Shown here one piece after another: positions 1 to 13,137 of a stretch of 64,000 nt of DNA; the stretch's first letter is position 1; every line of letters starts with the position of its first letter. The stretch lies in assembly GCA_030704615.1 (NCBI GenBank), contig CM060733.1, positions 75,268,001 to 75,332,000 on the forward strand, read 5' to 3'. A program made the translations under genes and the position numbers. Origin of the DNA: Takakia lepidozioides (taxonomy: Eukaryota; Plantae; Bryophyta). The notes under the pieces are model-generated. The model worked only from the letters and a program-made list of their open reading frames with translations, did not search any database and was not told the origin of the DNA.

Positions 1-48
1 AACTATCCAAGCATGTCCAGTCACTAATGCTTGTCCATGTCCATACTT

Positions 49-817
49 GAAATGCGGCACCGCATTTCCATGTCTGTCATCGAAATTTCGTACCGGACAA
101 TGAAATGCGGGCACAACATTTCGGAGAGCACAATGGAATGCGGTGCCGCATTTCCGTCGAGGGTCTGGAATTGGACAAACAACGATGGAAGTTCTGGAAA
201 TGCGGCACCGCATTTCATGTTCGTCATCAAATATCGTATTGGACAATGGAATGCGGTGCCGCATTTCCATCAAGACGGAATGCCCACACGGGTGTGGAAT
301 TGGACAAACACGATGCTGTTTTGGAAATGCGGCGCCGCATTTCCCATGTCGGGCAATTGAAAGTTTTTAAGGACAGTAAGTTTTTTATAGGACGATGGAA
401 TGCGGTGCCATTTCCATGAAAGGGTCTGGAATTGGGCAACAACGATGTCCGAAATTTCTTATTGGACAATGGAATGCGGTGCCGCATTCCCGTCTAGCAT
501 CATGGAATGGGGAGCCCAAGAACGTCGATGGGTCTGCAGTTGGAAAAATGTCCATCTCCAAAAGGAAAATGCGGCACCGCATTTCCATGTTCGACCTCCG
601 CATTTCGATTTACATCCATGGAAGGAGCTGGCAATCGGCAAAACTGCCGTGTCGGAAACGGAAATGCGGCACCGCATTTCCGTTTGTCCGAACAGTTTCT
701 GATGTCCAAACCATGAAACGGAAATTTTCCCCCGGTTTTGGAAATGCGGTGCCGCATTTCCAGGTTTTTGCAGTTGCCACATTTCCGTTCAACATTGAAA
801 TGCGGTGCCGCATTTCG
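49..817. repeat. Array of palindrome GGAAATGCGG-NN-CCGCATTTCC (E1 left cluster)
   Basis: About a dozen copies within longer imperfect units (e.g. GGACAATGGAATGCGGTGCCGCATTTCC, GGGTCTGGAATTGGACAAACAACGATG). Explains the recurring MRHRIS/KCGAAF/GNAAPHF peptides in the ORF track. Confidence 0.95.
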
Positions 818-969
818 ATTTTGGGAGGGACAGGTTTGGACGATGTTGTCGTTTAGAAGCACATGGGAGAGGGGACATGAAGGACGGGGAGAATTCCTTT
901 ATATACTCTGGAATTGAATTTAAATGTACAAAGAGTTCATTAAAATTGTATTAATCTTGAAAATCATCA

Positions 970-3900
970 CTACTGTCGTCTTGTCCTTGACTGTCCTGCT
1001 CCGCTCCACCCCGTCATTGCCTTTCTCATCTCCAGCGGACTGCTCGTTGGCCAGGCTTTCGAAAATCCATCTTCACCTTGCGGAACCGACCATCTCACCT
1101 TCCGTTGGCTCGTCGTCCTCCCTGTCTGCATCGCTCTCATCCGCTGAATCACATATGAACTTTCGCACCCGTCTACCTGCCTCAGCTGTTGCCAACTCTT
1201 TCCTTATCCTTCTGTCCTCCCTAGCCCTCTCCAAAATCTGCTCTACTTTACTGGGATTCTCACATCGTCTAATCGCTGTATTTGCGAGTTTAGCTGCATA
1301 ACTAGGAAGGGAGTAGTCCTTCACCGGCTCGTCATGAAGTCGGCCCTCGCAAAGAACGGGACATTCTTCCTGGCAGGAAGTGTAGGCCTACATGTTTCGA
1401 CCCGGATCCTCCAATCCTGCACATAACAATCACCAACGAGACCAATGAGAACCACAGTCCGGAAATGCGTTTGACAAAAAATCACCAGAAGGCTTTGCAA
1501 ACTTACAATGTTTGCACTCACTCGTATTCCGGGTTCTCCTCGGCATCAATGTCCACTGTCTCTTCTCCGACTCCGACGAATCCGAGGAGTCTTTGCTTCG
1601 ATGGGAGCCTTCACATTCCGTTGCAGCCCTTCCAGATGGGATCCCCAGACGCCTGTGTCCTCCTCGTAGGCAAAGAGGTGCCGGTCGGAAAACCGCCCAG
1701 CCCACATTGAGGCACCTGTTACAATGCCATCCACACATTATGACATGGCCCTTCAGATGTTGCGAATGAAAGCATAACGAGAATTTGCAGAAAAGCATAC
1801 AACAAGATTCTGCATACCTGTCCACAGATGAGGTCGAGCACTGTGCCCTCCACGTCAGTGCATGTCTCCATAATTGTCTGAATGAAGGCAGGGCTCCGAG
1901 TCGTGAATACCGCAGGGGTTCAGTTGAAGTGAGCTATGAGGGAGAAGTTCCGTGGGAACGTTGTTGAACAGGACGTCGTAATCGATGGGGTCGCAGTTCG
2001 GGTCAACCAACAATCCCTCCTTCCGGAAAGCAAAGGTGGAGTTCTCCTTCACAAAGCAGTATGCATCGAACTGCTTCGTCTGCATACACAGTGGGGAACG
2101 ATTAGAAATCGAATGCGGCACCGCATTTCAAACTCCTAAGAAAATGAAAGGACGAGTGCCAAGGTCGTAATTACCTTCTTCCCTTCCGACCGAAGGCCCA
2201 ATGTGTTGATGCACGTCCACTTCTTCTTCAGAATTGGGACGGCGCTCTTGCGGGTCCACTTCGCAATTCCTGTCTGCGTGTTTTTGCCTCTGCTCGCCAG
2301 GACAACCACACAGCCTCTGTCGTCCAACACCATGCGGGCGAGCCCGAATCCTTTCTTCCAAAAGTCCTCGAGTACCTGTTCCAAGATGGCAAAGCTTGCA
2401 GTCCTTCCACAGGCTCTCGTCCGGAATATCCAAGATGATCATATCGCAAGACCACTCGGTGGCATTTCCGCCCCTCCTGCAATCCTTGTCTGCACACACC
2501 CTCTCAAGAACGAGACCATCTTCAGAAACCCGGGTGTCGGAAGGCTCTTCGGCAGCCGCCTTCTTCAGTGCTCTGCCCTTCAGACCCTCCATGGTCTTCA
2601 TGTATGCCAACTTGGCTGCCCGTCCATCCAAAGCCGCCAAGAAACTCTCATTGACACACTGGACTACTGTATCGGGATCCACTTTCGGCCTCTTCATTTC
2701 CACCGGCTCGAAAGGGTGCCCCCCGGGGGGTTGAAGAGTGCCTTCTTTGCCGAGCCAGTTCTCGTCCCTCTCGTGACAACGGTGGGCACAGGGGATTTTG
2801 GCTGCGTCTCGGGGGTGGGCTGGTTGCAAAGTCTCCATCGGAGTCCTCTTCCTCACCCTCTACCTGCACTATCTGTTTCTGCTTCTTCGTTTTCTTGGGT
2901 GTCACAACTGCTGCTCCTTGCTGCCGAGTCCGCTTCTTCGACCCTTCTGTTGAGCCTGCACAGCTGCATCCACCGTCTTCTGTGCCATCTCAGCTGCCTT
3001 TCTGGATTGTTCCAGAGCAGCAGCTTCCTTGCCGACTCTGGCCGAGCAGGGACACGTCTTTCCTTTCTCTCTCTTCTGCTTTCGCGTGCAGATCTTTCTC
3101 AGACTCGTCAACAATTCCGCCAGACATGTCCAGGTACCACGGGCATCCAACCAGATGCGCGGCATGCCATTGTTTCTGCATCTCGGGTGTGTAGACACAG
3201 CTTGGGCCCGCCACGGTCCAAGCCATGAAGAACGGGGGCTCTTGAGCCAGGGCCCCTGTCTGAAGAAGCACGTATTTCATATACCTGCAGGGCAGTCAGC
3301 ATGCGTGAGCAAAAGTTGAGACCAACGTACTCGCAGAGTGCAACCGAAAACATAAAATGCGAATGCGGTGCCGCATTTCCCAGACAAACCTCATACCAGG
3401 CTTTGCATACAAGGACAGCTGGGCTTCACCTGTAAACAATTCGCATTGCAGCTTTTCTCCCTCCCTCCTGATGTGTAAACTCCACGCTCCTTCTTGCTGT
3501 CTGCAGCTCCTGGCGAAGAGTTGTCCTTGTAAGCACATCTGAAACGTGTCACGTAGTCTTCCAATGTCTGTGTTCCATCCCATTTGACGTACAAGCCGAA
3601 CAAATTTGTATGCATTACGACTTGCTCCTTCGCATTCGTCATTACCTGCGATTCCCACATGCATTGTCACGTAGCAGTTCAGGGAATTCATTTCAGAAAA
3701 GCAAATCTGGGGAAGTACCTTGAATTACCTGGAACCACCAAGTCATGCGGTTGAGCCACACATCCACTGCAGGGTCGGAAACTTCGAGTGGAAAAGACCA
3801 CATTGTCCTTATACTCTCCGATGCATTCCAGATCGACAGCCACCGTGTCTGCCATTTCCGATCCAATGTCAGGAGCAGGAAGAAGAGTGGCTATTGCTAG

Positions 3901-6087
3901 GAAGGAACTTCAGTGAATTGAAACATCACCTTCTCTTTCGCTTCAACACATGCCGTTGAGAGGTGATGCAGTTTCTCCAACTGCATGGTCGGCTGCATGG
4001 CCCGAGAATAGTGTTTTGCAATCTCGGGGATGAAGTCCTTTCCAAGTGCCGGATCTGCAATGGCCACCAGCTTCACAAGCTTTGACTTGTATTTCGTTCT
4101 GGACTTGACCCCGGCTTCCTTCAAGTGCTCAGTCAATGACTGCAACGTTTTGACCTGCCCCTCACTTTCCATGAAGAAGCGTTTGGCATGGGCCAAATCC
4201 AGCTTGATGTTTGACTGCCAACAAAAACATGCAGAAGCGTTACATTCGATTCATGTGGAAAGATTACCGGAAATTGAAAGGATGAGCAGAGGGAAATGGG
4301 AGGACGACTTACTTCGTATATCACCTCCACCATTCCATCCATAGTGAGACGATACCATGTCCGGTCAGTTTTTGCCACGGCTTTCTGAATGAGCTCGGGC
4401 TCCAACATTTCCGCGAACATGTGCGGATCAGTGAGACCAGTTTTCCTCACCCTGTACAGCATATGTGCCATGTGGGTATGCACGTACGCATTTTCAGTGA
4501 CCCTGCAAGGCACACTCTCAGTTCAGTCCACGAAAGCACGGAAACAAACAGATTGGAAACCGAAATGCGGCACCGCATTTCGAACGTGCTGGGAGGGTAT
4601 GAGTATCTTACGAGTTGAGGTCCGCCATGGCATTCTTGAGCAGGGAGGAGTCTGCCGCCTTCACCTTGAGGATGACACACTCCACCATGTAATGCCAGCC
4701 AATGTGCTTGGCATGGTTCTGCTTGATGTACTCCCACCAGGCGAAGAGAAGTCGGTGAATCCCGTCCCACACAAAGAACATTTTACCGACATATGGCCGA
4801 AGTCGGGATCACCTTCAGCGTCGCCTCGAATTCGTCGTTGCGAGTGTGCCAGTGGGTATCCCATGTTGACAATTCCTCCGCAGTGGGTCCACGAGATTTC
4901 GCCGTCCTCATTCTCAAGGGAAACGTAGAAGGCTGGCGAACCTAGACGGTACCTTCTCGAAATGCGAACTTGAGCTTATCCACATCTCCGGGAAGTGCCT
5001 GCCTGACGATGGGAAGGGAGACCATGCGACAGAGTGGGATTCGAAGAGTCCGCTGGAATACCTGCTGCCCAGAACTCTGCCAATGCTACTATGTGTCTCC
5101 TCCAACATTGTATCCGCTGCACTTTGGAATTCCTCCGGAGACATTCTGCTGGTGGCGGCAGGGGCTGAGCAGCTTGAGCATCCCCAACTGGAGCTGCACT
5201 CTGGGGAATCTTTGCGGACAATTTGTGCAATTGCAGAGGCCTCCTCCGGGCCTTCAGTGGTCTCTTCCTCAACTGTGGTCAGGTCTTGCTGAGAACGTTG
5301 AGAGGCAGCACCTCCTCCGGTACCAGATCTCCGGTTGATCCCATTGGCTTCGCTGCAGCAGGTTGGAAATCAAGCAGGAACTGGGCTTCAGCTCGTGGAA
5401 TCGGTTTTGGAGACTGCTCCGCCCTCCCCCTGATTTCTCATCTTGCAGGTGAAGGTGTCTGCTGCAATTGAATCTGCTTCATTCGCCTGGGTGGGGGGGA
5501 AACGGCCTGGTCCGGTTCAGAAACAAGTTGAAGGACGGGCTGCTTCTTCTTCGTCTTTGCTGGAGAAGACCCCTGCTGGCGATTCTCCATGACCTTTGAA
5601 GGCGAGTCGCTCTCTGGGGCTTTGAACTGCAAGGACTTGCCCTTGAAGCCGCGTCCTTGAAACGCACAGGGCTAGGCCGGCAGGAAGACCCGTGCTCGCG
5701 GATCGGCTGGGTGTGCGTGTGCAGCTAGCTCCACGGACTCTGCCTGCGGCTCTTCGGATTCCTGCGATCCCTCCAGCACGTCCACCTTTCCGGTTAGGCA
5801 TGCAAACATCTTCTGCATCAAGTCTCCTAGCATACAGTCTAAGAATTGCAGAAGAAAAATGAGGCGGGTTTCGGTGCTCGATCAGCTGGCGAATCCCGAT
5901 AGCACGGAGCTCTCACTGGTGGCTGGGTTGCCTGCGTGGCCTGATGCTGCGAGATGGCAATCTCCTCCTGTAGACGCATCTGCTTCCTCCCCTTCGGCAT
6001 TGGCCTACGTCCGAAGTACAATTTTCGGAGCTTGCGACGATGTCTCTTCTCTGGTGCACGCACTCCCTCCCTCTCAGGTTCGAGCAT
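970..6087 (-). pseudogene. Multi-exon ParB/Srx-like + amino-methyltransferase-like fusion gene of E1 (frameshifted as assembled)
   Basis: Manual translation ~4610-4790: GKMFFVWDGIHRLLFAWWEY...SLLKNAMADLN. Exons RVTENAY..RTWY (4320-4505) and VAIADPALG (3930-4210). MTase-like pieces DMIILDIPD (~2430), RSPAFIQTIMETC..VLDLICG (~1820-1900), GASMWAGRFSDRHLFAYEED (~1660-1720). GT-AG intron boundaries; colinear with the E2 and E3 genes. Confidence 0.75.
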
Positions 6088-6400
6088 AAGAAGAACAGAG
6101 ACAGGGAAAAGGGGCGAAGAGTGCAGATGGAAAGGGCGCGAGAGGGGTGACTGAGGAGACACGACAAAAGCAGTGAAACGGCGGTGATGCAGCACTTGGG
6201 TTCGAAAGGGTTGGAGGAAAGTGTCTCCTCGTGGACTTTGCGTCATTACGAAATTCGAATCGTTCAGGATACGCCTGCCGTCCGAAAAACAAACATCATT
6301 ATCCAACGGTCAGGCCGCGCCCTCATGCCACTTCAGTCAGATAGAGTGCAGACATGTGCCGCAATTCCGTGCTCCACGTGTTCAAATTTGGAGTTGGAGT

Positions 6401-8365
6401 GAAAATGCGAATGCGGCGCCGCATTTCCGTTAAGTACCATCACGAGCACATCCGTGCTTGTTGGAAGAAAATGCGGCACCGCATTTCCGTTCCACCTTCA
6501 CATACCTTAGTTGTTGAACGGAAATACGGTGGCATTTCCGTCCCACAGCTCAATGTATGAGATACAAAGGGAAATGCGGCGCCGCATTTCCGTTCAGGAA
6601 TGTCGAAACGTGCGATTCGGACGGAAATGCGGCACAGCAATTCAGTTCCCGTGGTTCATGATTTTCAATCTGAAAGGAAATGCGGTACCGCATTTCCGTT
6701 CTGTACAGTATTAAGGTCTGAAAAATGCGGTGCCGCATTTTCGTTCCAAAGCTCTATGCCTCACATACAAAAAGGAAATGCGGCGCCGCATTTCGTTTTG
6801 GAATGTCGGAAGGTGCGACTCCGACGGAATTGTTGTACGCATTTCAGTTCCGATGTTTCACGATTTTTCATAAGAACGCAAATGCGGTACCGCATTTCCA
6901 TTCTGGAGAGTATGAAGGTCTCACCCGGCGGAAATGCGGTGCCGCATTTCCGTTCTAGCTTGTGAGGCGACTCAGATGGAAATGCGCTGCCGCATTTCGT
7001 TCCGATGGTTCACGATTTACAGTCAGAACGGAAATGCGGTACCGCATTTCCGTTCTGGAGAGTATGAAGGTCTCACCCTGGCAGAAATGCGGTGCCGCAT
7101 TTCGTTCGCTCATGCCGGAAATGCGGCGCCGCATTTCCGTTTGGAATGTCGGAAGGTGCGACTCCGACGGAAATGCATTTCAGTTCCGATGTTTCACGAT
7201 TTTTCATAAGAACGGAAATGCGGTACCGCATTTCATTCTGCGGTGCGGTGCCGCATTTCCGTTCTAATGCGACTCAGATGGAAATGCATTTCGGTTCCGA
7301 TGGTTCACGATTTACAGTCAGAACGGAAATGCGGTACGCATTTCCGTTCTGGAGAGTATGAAGGGCAGAAATGCGGTGCCGCATTTCGTTCCAAAGCTCT
7401 ATGCCTCACATACAAAAGGAAATGCGGCGCCGTATTTCCGTTTTGGAATGTCGGAAGGTGCGACTCCGACGGAATTGCTGGCATTTCAGTTCCGATGTTT
7501 CACGATTTTTCATAAGTGCGGTTTGGACGAAACCGCATTTCAAGGGAGGTGCGACTCGGATGGAAATGCGGCATTTCAGTTCCGATGGTTCACGATTTCA
7601 GAACGGAAATGCGGTTTTCACGGTGCGGTGCCGCATTTCGTTCGTTGCGACTCGGAAAAATTTCAGTTCGATGGTTCACGATTTACAGTCAGAACGGAAA
7701 TGCGGTACCGCATTTCCGTTCTGGATAGTATGAATGTCTAAAGCGGTCGGAATTGCGCTGTCTCAAGCGATCGAATTGCACTGGCTCCATGCATCAGATA
7801 CAAAACGGAAATGCGGCGCCGCATTTCCGTTCTGGAATGTCGGAAAGTGCGGACGGAAATGCGGTGCGCATTTCTGTTCCGTTGTTCATAATTCTCAATC
7901 AGAACGGAAATGCCGCATTTCATGTGCTTGCTGGATGGAAATGCGTTACCGCATTTCCGGACGTGCGGTGCATTTCCGTTCTGGAATGTCGGAAAGTGCG
8001 ACTCGGACGGAAATGCGGTGCCGCATTTCTGTTCCCTTTGTTCATATTCTCAATCAGAACGGAAATGCGGTACCGCATTTCCGTTCCACCTTCACATACC
8101 GTGCTTGTGGAAATGCGTTACCGCATTTCCGTTCTGGAGAGTCAAAAAATGGACCCGGTGCTTGCTGGATGGAAAATTTCCGTCCTCTGCGATTTCCGTT
8201 CCCCGGAAATGCATACGAACGGAAATGCCCGGGCCCCGGACGGAAACTCGGTGCCGCATTTCCGTCGCTCTGGTGCATGACCAAGATGCAATACGGAAAT
8301 GCGGCGCCGTATCAGCAATCGAAAGAATCACTCCGGACGGAAATCTGAAACCTCATTTCCGCATG
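6401..8365. repeat. Central array of GGAAATGCGG-NN-CCGCATTTCC palindromes between the divergent genes of E1
   Basis: Tens of copies spaced ~40-60 bp apart in higher-order units (recurring spacers GTTCTGGAGAGTATGAAGG, GATGGTTCACGATTTACAGTCAGAAC, GAATGTCGGAAGGTGCGACTCCGAC). Confidence 0.95.
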
Positions 8366-8659
8366 GAACCTGAATGGGTTGCATTGTTCCGAAACAACAG
8401 AATTGCGGCCAGTCTTGATGAGCACAACTTGGTTGTCTGACCGTTTTAACTAACAGTCCTGGCACTTGTCAGTGCGATCCTGTCTGCACCGAGAATACTG
8501 CTGGATCCACCCTCAGGAGAAACTGTCAGGAGATGTTATTTCGTCGCCGAATCGGCCATCATTGTCAACTTACTGGCTATGGAATCACACCTCCCACCTT
8601 CATGCATGTAGCTTGAAACAATACTTTCCACTTCAATGTGCGACTTCCAATCGTCGATG

Positions 8660-11600
8660 GACTCCGCATGGTGCCTGTGAGCCTTTCTGTCGCTATACTG
8701 AACCTCGCACTTGCCAACTTCGTGCGGTGTTCGATGGCTCCGAATTCCTACGCTATAGTTTGCTGTCCTCCGCAACTTGGGAGAGCCTGATCCCAAACGA
8801 GGGAGGACTTTGCAGAGTGACTGAAACTTACCTTTGTTCCAAATTCAAGCTCAAACCGGGCACAGTTTATTTGGAAGAAGAAAGGAAGGATGTTCTGGAC
8901 AGGTTGACGAGACCATTGTCGTGCTAGGTAACGACGGAGGTTGCGGAATCGAATGGCACGTACCCCATCAGACACCATCCTGTACCGAGCTGTGGGAATG
9001 CCCATTCCCTTTCCGAATCAGTCGCTGCCCACACCATCCACAAAGGAGTCCGGAAACCGACAGGCGGCCACTGCCAACAGAGAGGTATGCAACGATAATC
9101 ATTCCCGACCTGGACCGTCAAGACCCTCCATAGCTTCTCGTGTGGACGTATTCGACATTTCCGACGAGAAGATGAGTGCATTGAGGTCCCCATGTCCTCC
9201 ACACGGTCGTTCAAATCCGACATGGACGTCTCTGCAGGTGCTACGCATGTACCTCGAGCATAACTCCAACCCGGTCCATTGTGCAGCTCCTACGGCAACA
9301 TCACCTCGATGGTTCTCGCTCCGAGCTGGCTGCTCTCGACTATGCCAAATTTCCGGTCAGGAAGGTAACGTATCTGCCTCCCGAAGTCGATGGCAATGTC
9401 ATCTTCGAGTTTCCACCTGTTACTTCGTCAAACAAAGCCTCAGGGATGTTAACAGACATGGATCGAAAGCATGACGGACACCCCTGGTGTGTGACGAAGA
9501 CCAGTAGCACGAAAATTGCTGATGGTGTTCGTGTACGATACGTCCTCTGTGCGGGGAAGCTGAGGTGCCTCAATCCCGCCTGCTTCCACTTTCTTCCCAA
9601 AGGAGGGCGGAGAAACGAGACGGATTGGACTGGCACAACGCATCATCCATTCATTGTCTCCAGCCAAGCTCCTGCGGGTACTTTCAAGTGCGCACATTGC
9701 AAAGAACCACCGACGTGCATGTCCATGTGCAGAGCCAAGCAATATTACGTTATCCATTTGCTCCCGGACTTGACTAGAGCTTGCATACACGTTGGGGTCC
9801 ACTGCCACCCCTTGGCGAGAGGCAACATGCGTGAGGCTGTGCAGGAACAAGCACACGACATCATAAAAGAGGAGGTGAAATTGAGCCCCGGAGCCAAACA
9901 AAGCAATTCAGCTGAAGGCAGCCCACAAGATTGCTCTTGGCAAAATATGTCTGAAGATGGTTCAGACCGAGTGCCCTTGAACGAAGAGGAGATGCTTGAC
10001 CTGTTGGAGTCGGTCTCGCACGTTTGTAGGTCCGAATGGGCGGAATCACATCGTATCTTGCAAGCAGGAGTTCGGCCGGGGGTCGGACATGCACTCAATC
10101 CTGGAGTTGAAACGAATGACTGGATATGACTACATCCAAGGTAGCAGGTTTCCAGGGCAAGGCAGCGATCCGATCGTTGTTACATTTTAAAATGTCGACG
10201 TGTGGGCCTGGGAGTGGAGTCGACTTGGTCACTCGCATGACAACTGGAAACCTGTCGAATGCTTGGTGATGTTTGATCACATCAAGCGAATTACAAACCA
10301 TCAGTTGACTATGGGTGCGCATGTTTATGACTATCACTCCAAGAGGCTCATGACGATTGCAATCTGCGAGATGAAAGGGGAGGACACACAGTCGGAGATG
10401 CATCTGTGGGAGGGCATAAACGAGCAGATGGCAAGGGCGGGATTGCCAGAGCCCAATTTCAGGGGATTCATGGCAGACAACGCTCAGGCCAACTGGGCAG
10501 CGGTGCGGCGTGTGTACGGTGAGGACCCCAATGTGCCAATGAGGGGAAAGAGAGATCCTGTGGATTCCATTGGATGCAGAGTCTCCCACTACACTACCAA
10601 ATTGTTGCTAGCTCATTCCAGACTGAACACCGTGTCCTTGTACGGCGTGGAAGGATGCACCCACATTGATGACGCGGAGGTTAAGTTTGCTATCATCAAG
10701 GCTTGGTGGAACACGTCAGGTGCAGTGGAGACAACCATCTGGGGAGCCTTGCACAGCTGGTTGGGGGTGTGGCATTTCCGGTATCGACAGTTCCGACAGT
10801 ACATGCGGGTGTCATTTTCGTGCAATTGTCTTTCTATTACGGACCTTTCCATTGGTTCCTCACCATTGTCTGTGTCCTTGTAGGAGCGGCGCTTGGATTC
10901 CGACACGGACATGCCGAACACGAATATGGCAGAATCAGTGCACTCCTCCTGGCGAGCGTCTTCTGCCGCACATCTGGTGGACGTAGTGACGGCCACAACG
11001 GAGGACATCGACAGAGCAATCATGCAGCAAGCCACGTACTACAAGTTCCCGGGAAACAATGGGGCTTTGGCCGGACAGGGAGGAATTGTTGGTGCAAACA
11101 GCTTCGAGGTCGAAGAATCCACTGAAATGGGCGACAACATTGCGAGGAAGATCAAAGGACGCCTCTGCACCGCAGAGGTGAGCACCTAGAGGGGGGACGT
11201 CCGTACTCGCCCTGTGAGGCGGAGGATTGAAGAGGAACCCGGGTGCGAAGAGGATTCCTGGAGATCCGACAGGAACATTCGGACAGCACCTCGAGGGCCC
11301 GTCATGTTGCCGCAATGTGTCTTCCAGCAGTGGAAGCCCAAGAAATTCCAGATTGCCATCGCCTTCAAGCGGGGATTTCGTGCGAGAAATTTCCACCGCT
11401 CGCTTGCCCCAGATTCCGCCCCTGTTATGCAGTATGGCCAAGCCATTGTGGAGACGACTGTGTCTGCGTCACAGTGGAGAGAATTGCTCGCACAAAGCCG
11501 TCGTTTCGAGGCAGGTGTTCCGCAATTCGAGTGGATACACGACAACGTTGTTTAGAGATGATAAGGAGGAATCCAGATGGTGCTGTCCCTGCTCCTACTT

Positions 11601-12304
11601 TTACAGGAAGATTTGTCCATGCAAAGTTTGCGGAGGCGACAACCACCCAGTTCTGGTTCTGCAGGCACGACATTATGACTTGCGTGTATGGAAAGCCCAA
11701 GTACGGCATACAAACAATGCCAGAGGCTCCCCCGGTGTGGCCGGTGGAACCAGGCTGCGATCTGAGTCAGGTTGAGGCCGACGCCCTTACCGCCGCAGGA
11801 TTTCGGATGGTGCAGCGCACTGACGTCCCCAGACAACCATTTCCGCTTCCACAGCCTCCACCACCGACCCCTGTGAGAGCAAGAACAATGGGACCCGACA
11901 GCTCTAAGCATCCTACACACCGTTGGGGGAAACCGAAGAGGCGGCGACCTCCCTCAAAAGTGAACGAGACAAGGATGGGGAATGCACTTCGGATGAACTG
12001 TACAATCCAGAGCTCGACAAAAGTGCCCCCACCAGGCTTCGGGCGTGTGTATCAGATGGCCACGGCAGGCTCAGCTGTTCGCAATGAGGTGTACACCATC
12101 ACCATTTCAGAATTACCCATCTGCAATTGCACCGACTTTCAGATCATGCGAACAAGGGCATCATACTGCCCTTGCAAGCATCTGTACTACGTGTACCTAA
12201 AGAGACTCCGGTGTAATTCCACAACTCATCACTTCATACATGCACTAGGGTTGAGCCCCCAAGAGGTGCACACTCTTCTGAATATGGATCCAGGGGACCA
12301 GTGA
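8660..12304 (+). pseudogene. MULE-type DDE transposase with N-terminal GCM/WRKY-like Zn domain and C-terminal SWIM finger (frameshifted as assembled)
   Basis: DGHPW..C.G.L.C.N..C...C..C....C..C....H.G.H.HP (9470-9810). Catalytic-type motifs MFDH (~10270), FMADNAQANW (~10470), ERSCGFHW (CxxH, ~10550), TNMAESVH (~10920). SWIM CNCTDF...CPCKHLYY (12120-12190). Start approximate. Confidence 0.8.
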
Positions 12305-13059
12305 TCTTGGCTTGCGGTCCCAACACAATGGTACACCCATCCTTTCGGATAGTAGAACTGTACTGCTGCAAGTAGCTCTGACTCTGGCCACAGAAAGGTC
12401 CGACTTATGTCTTGCCTACCAGTAACACCTGTTTTGCTCGAACGTCGATAATACTATGTCATTCACTCGTGTTTCCACATGCATGTATTTTTGTGTGTTG
12501 GAGGGTTCCTGTTTTTCTGCTCTCCCAAACTTTGCTTTCCTCATTCGACCCCCGGCAAGGAAATGCGGCGCCGCATTTCCAAGTAACGTCATAGGTACTG
12601 GTAGATGCGGCATTCACCAACACCAAACTGCCCAGAAATTCCGCACGTGCGAACCCTAATGCGGCACCGCATTTCCTAGTTCACTTGCAAAACTTTCCCG
12701 CCGAATACTGGAAGATGACAGAATTGTGCAGACTCTATTGGTTCAGTCGCGGCAAAAGGGTCAGCTTCATTCCAATGTTAAGGCATGTAAAACCGCGGAA
12801 TACTCTATACAGGCCAGTATGCGACGTCCTTTTGCCGTGGTATACTGGATTTCTCGTTGCACGGTCACTCATTTCCATGAGCGGATCTAAAAAACCATGA
12901 GCGGAGTTGTTACTGACGACATATCTTCCCCGCATTACAGGATCCGTAACTTCCAAAAACGGCAAGGTCAAATAAAAAAAACTATTATTTTAATACTTGT
13001 TTAATCTGCCGCATTTCCAAATTTGGAGGAGTCCGCTCATGAAATCCGCGTGTCTTAGA

Positions 13060-13137
13060 CTTCGGCTCACCGCTCATGCGGCTCATGCGGCTCATGGCTC
13101 ATGGCTCATGGTTTCTGCTCATGAAATAGTAAACCTC
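13060..13137. repeat. Right terminal inverted repeat of E1 with tandem GCTCAT(G) motifs
   Basis: GCTCATGCGGCTCATGCGGCTCATGGCTCATGGCTCATG...GCTCATGAAATAGTAAACCTC; matches the E2 termini. Confidence 0.8.

Larger units (their letters stand above)
1..13137 (+). mobile_element. Large Mutator-like (MULE) DNA transposon E1, left end outside window
   Basis: Right end ...GCTCATGAAATAGTAAACCTC (to 13137) is nearly identical to the right TIR of E2 (...GCTCATGAAATAGCAAACCTC, 35792). Same divergent two-gene layout as E2; encodes DDE transposase + SWIM. Sequence immediately after 13137 resumes in the middle of a CACTA ORF. Confidence 0.85.

Noticed and set aside
24-862. Many overlapping ORFs with MRHRIS/KCGAAF/GNAAPHF peptides (also 6354..8440, 29894..31179, 35004..35597)
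   Set aside because: Artefacts of translating stop-poor palindromic repeats.
2203-3228. 341-aa plus-strand ORF (and similar 24907..25515, 28259..28864)
   Set aside because: Antisense shadow of the minus-strand gene, whose peptides are conserved between E1, E2 and E3.
6401-8365. CRISPR-like array (palindromic repeat with 20-40 bp spacers); likewise 29955..31270
   Set aside because: Spacers recur in higher-order units, repeat spacing is irregular, there are no cas genes, and the context is a eukaryotic transposon.
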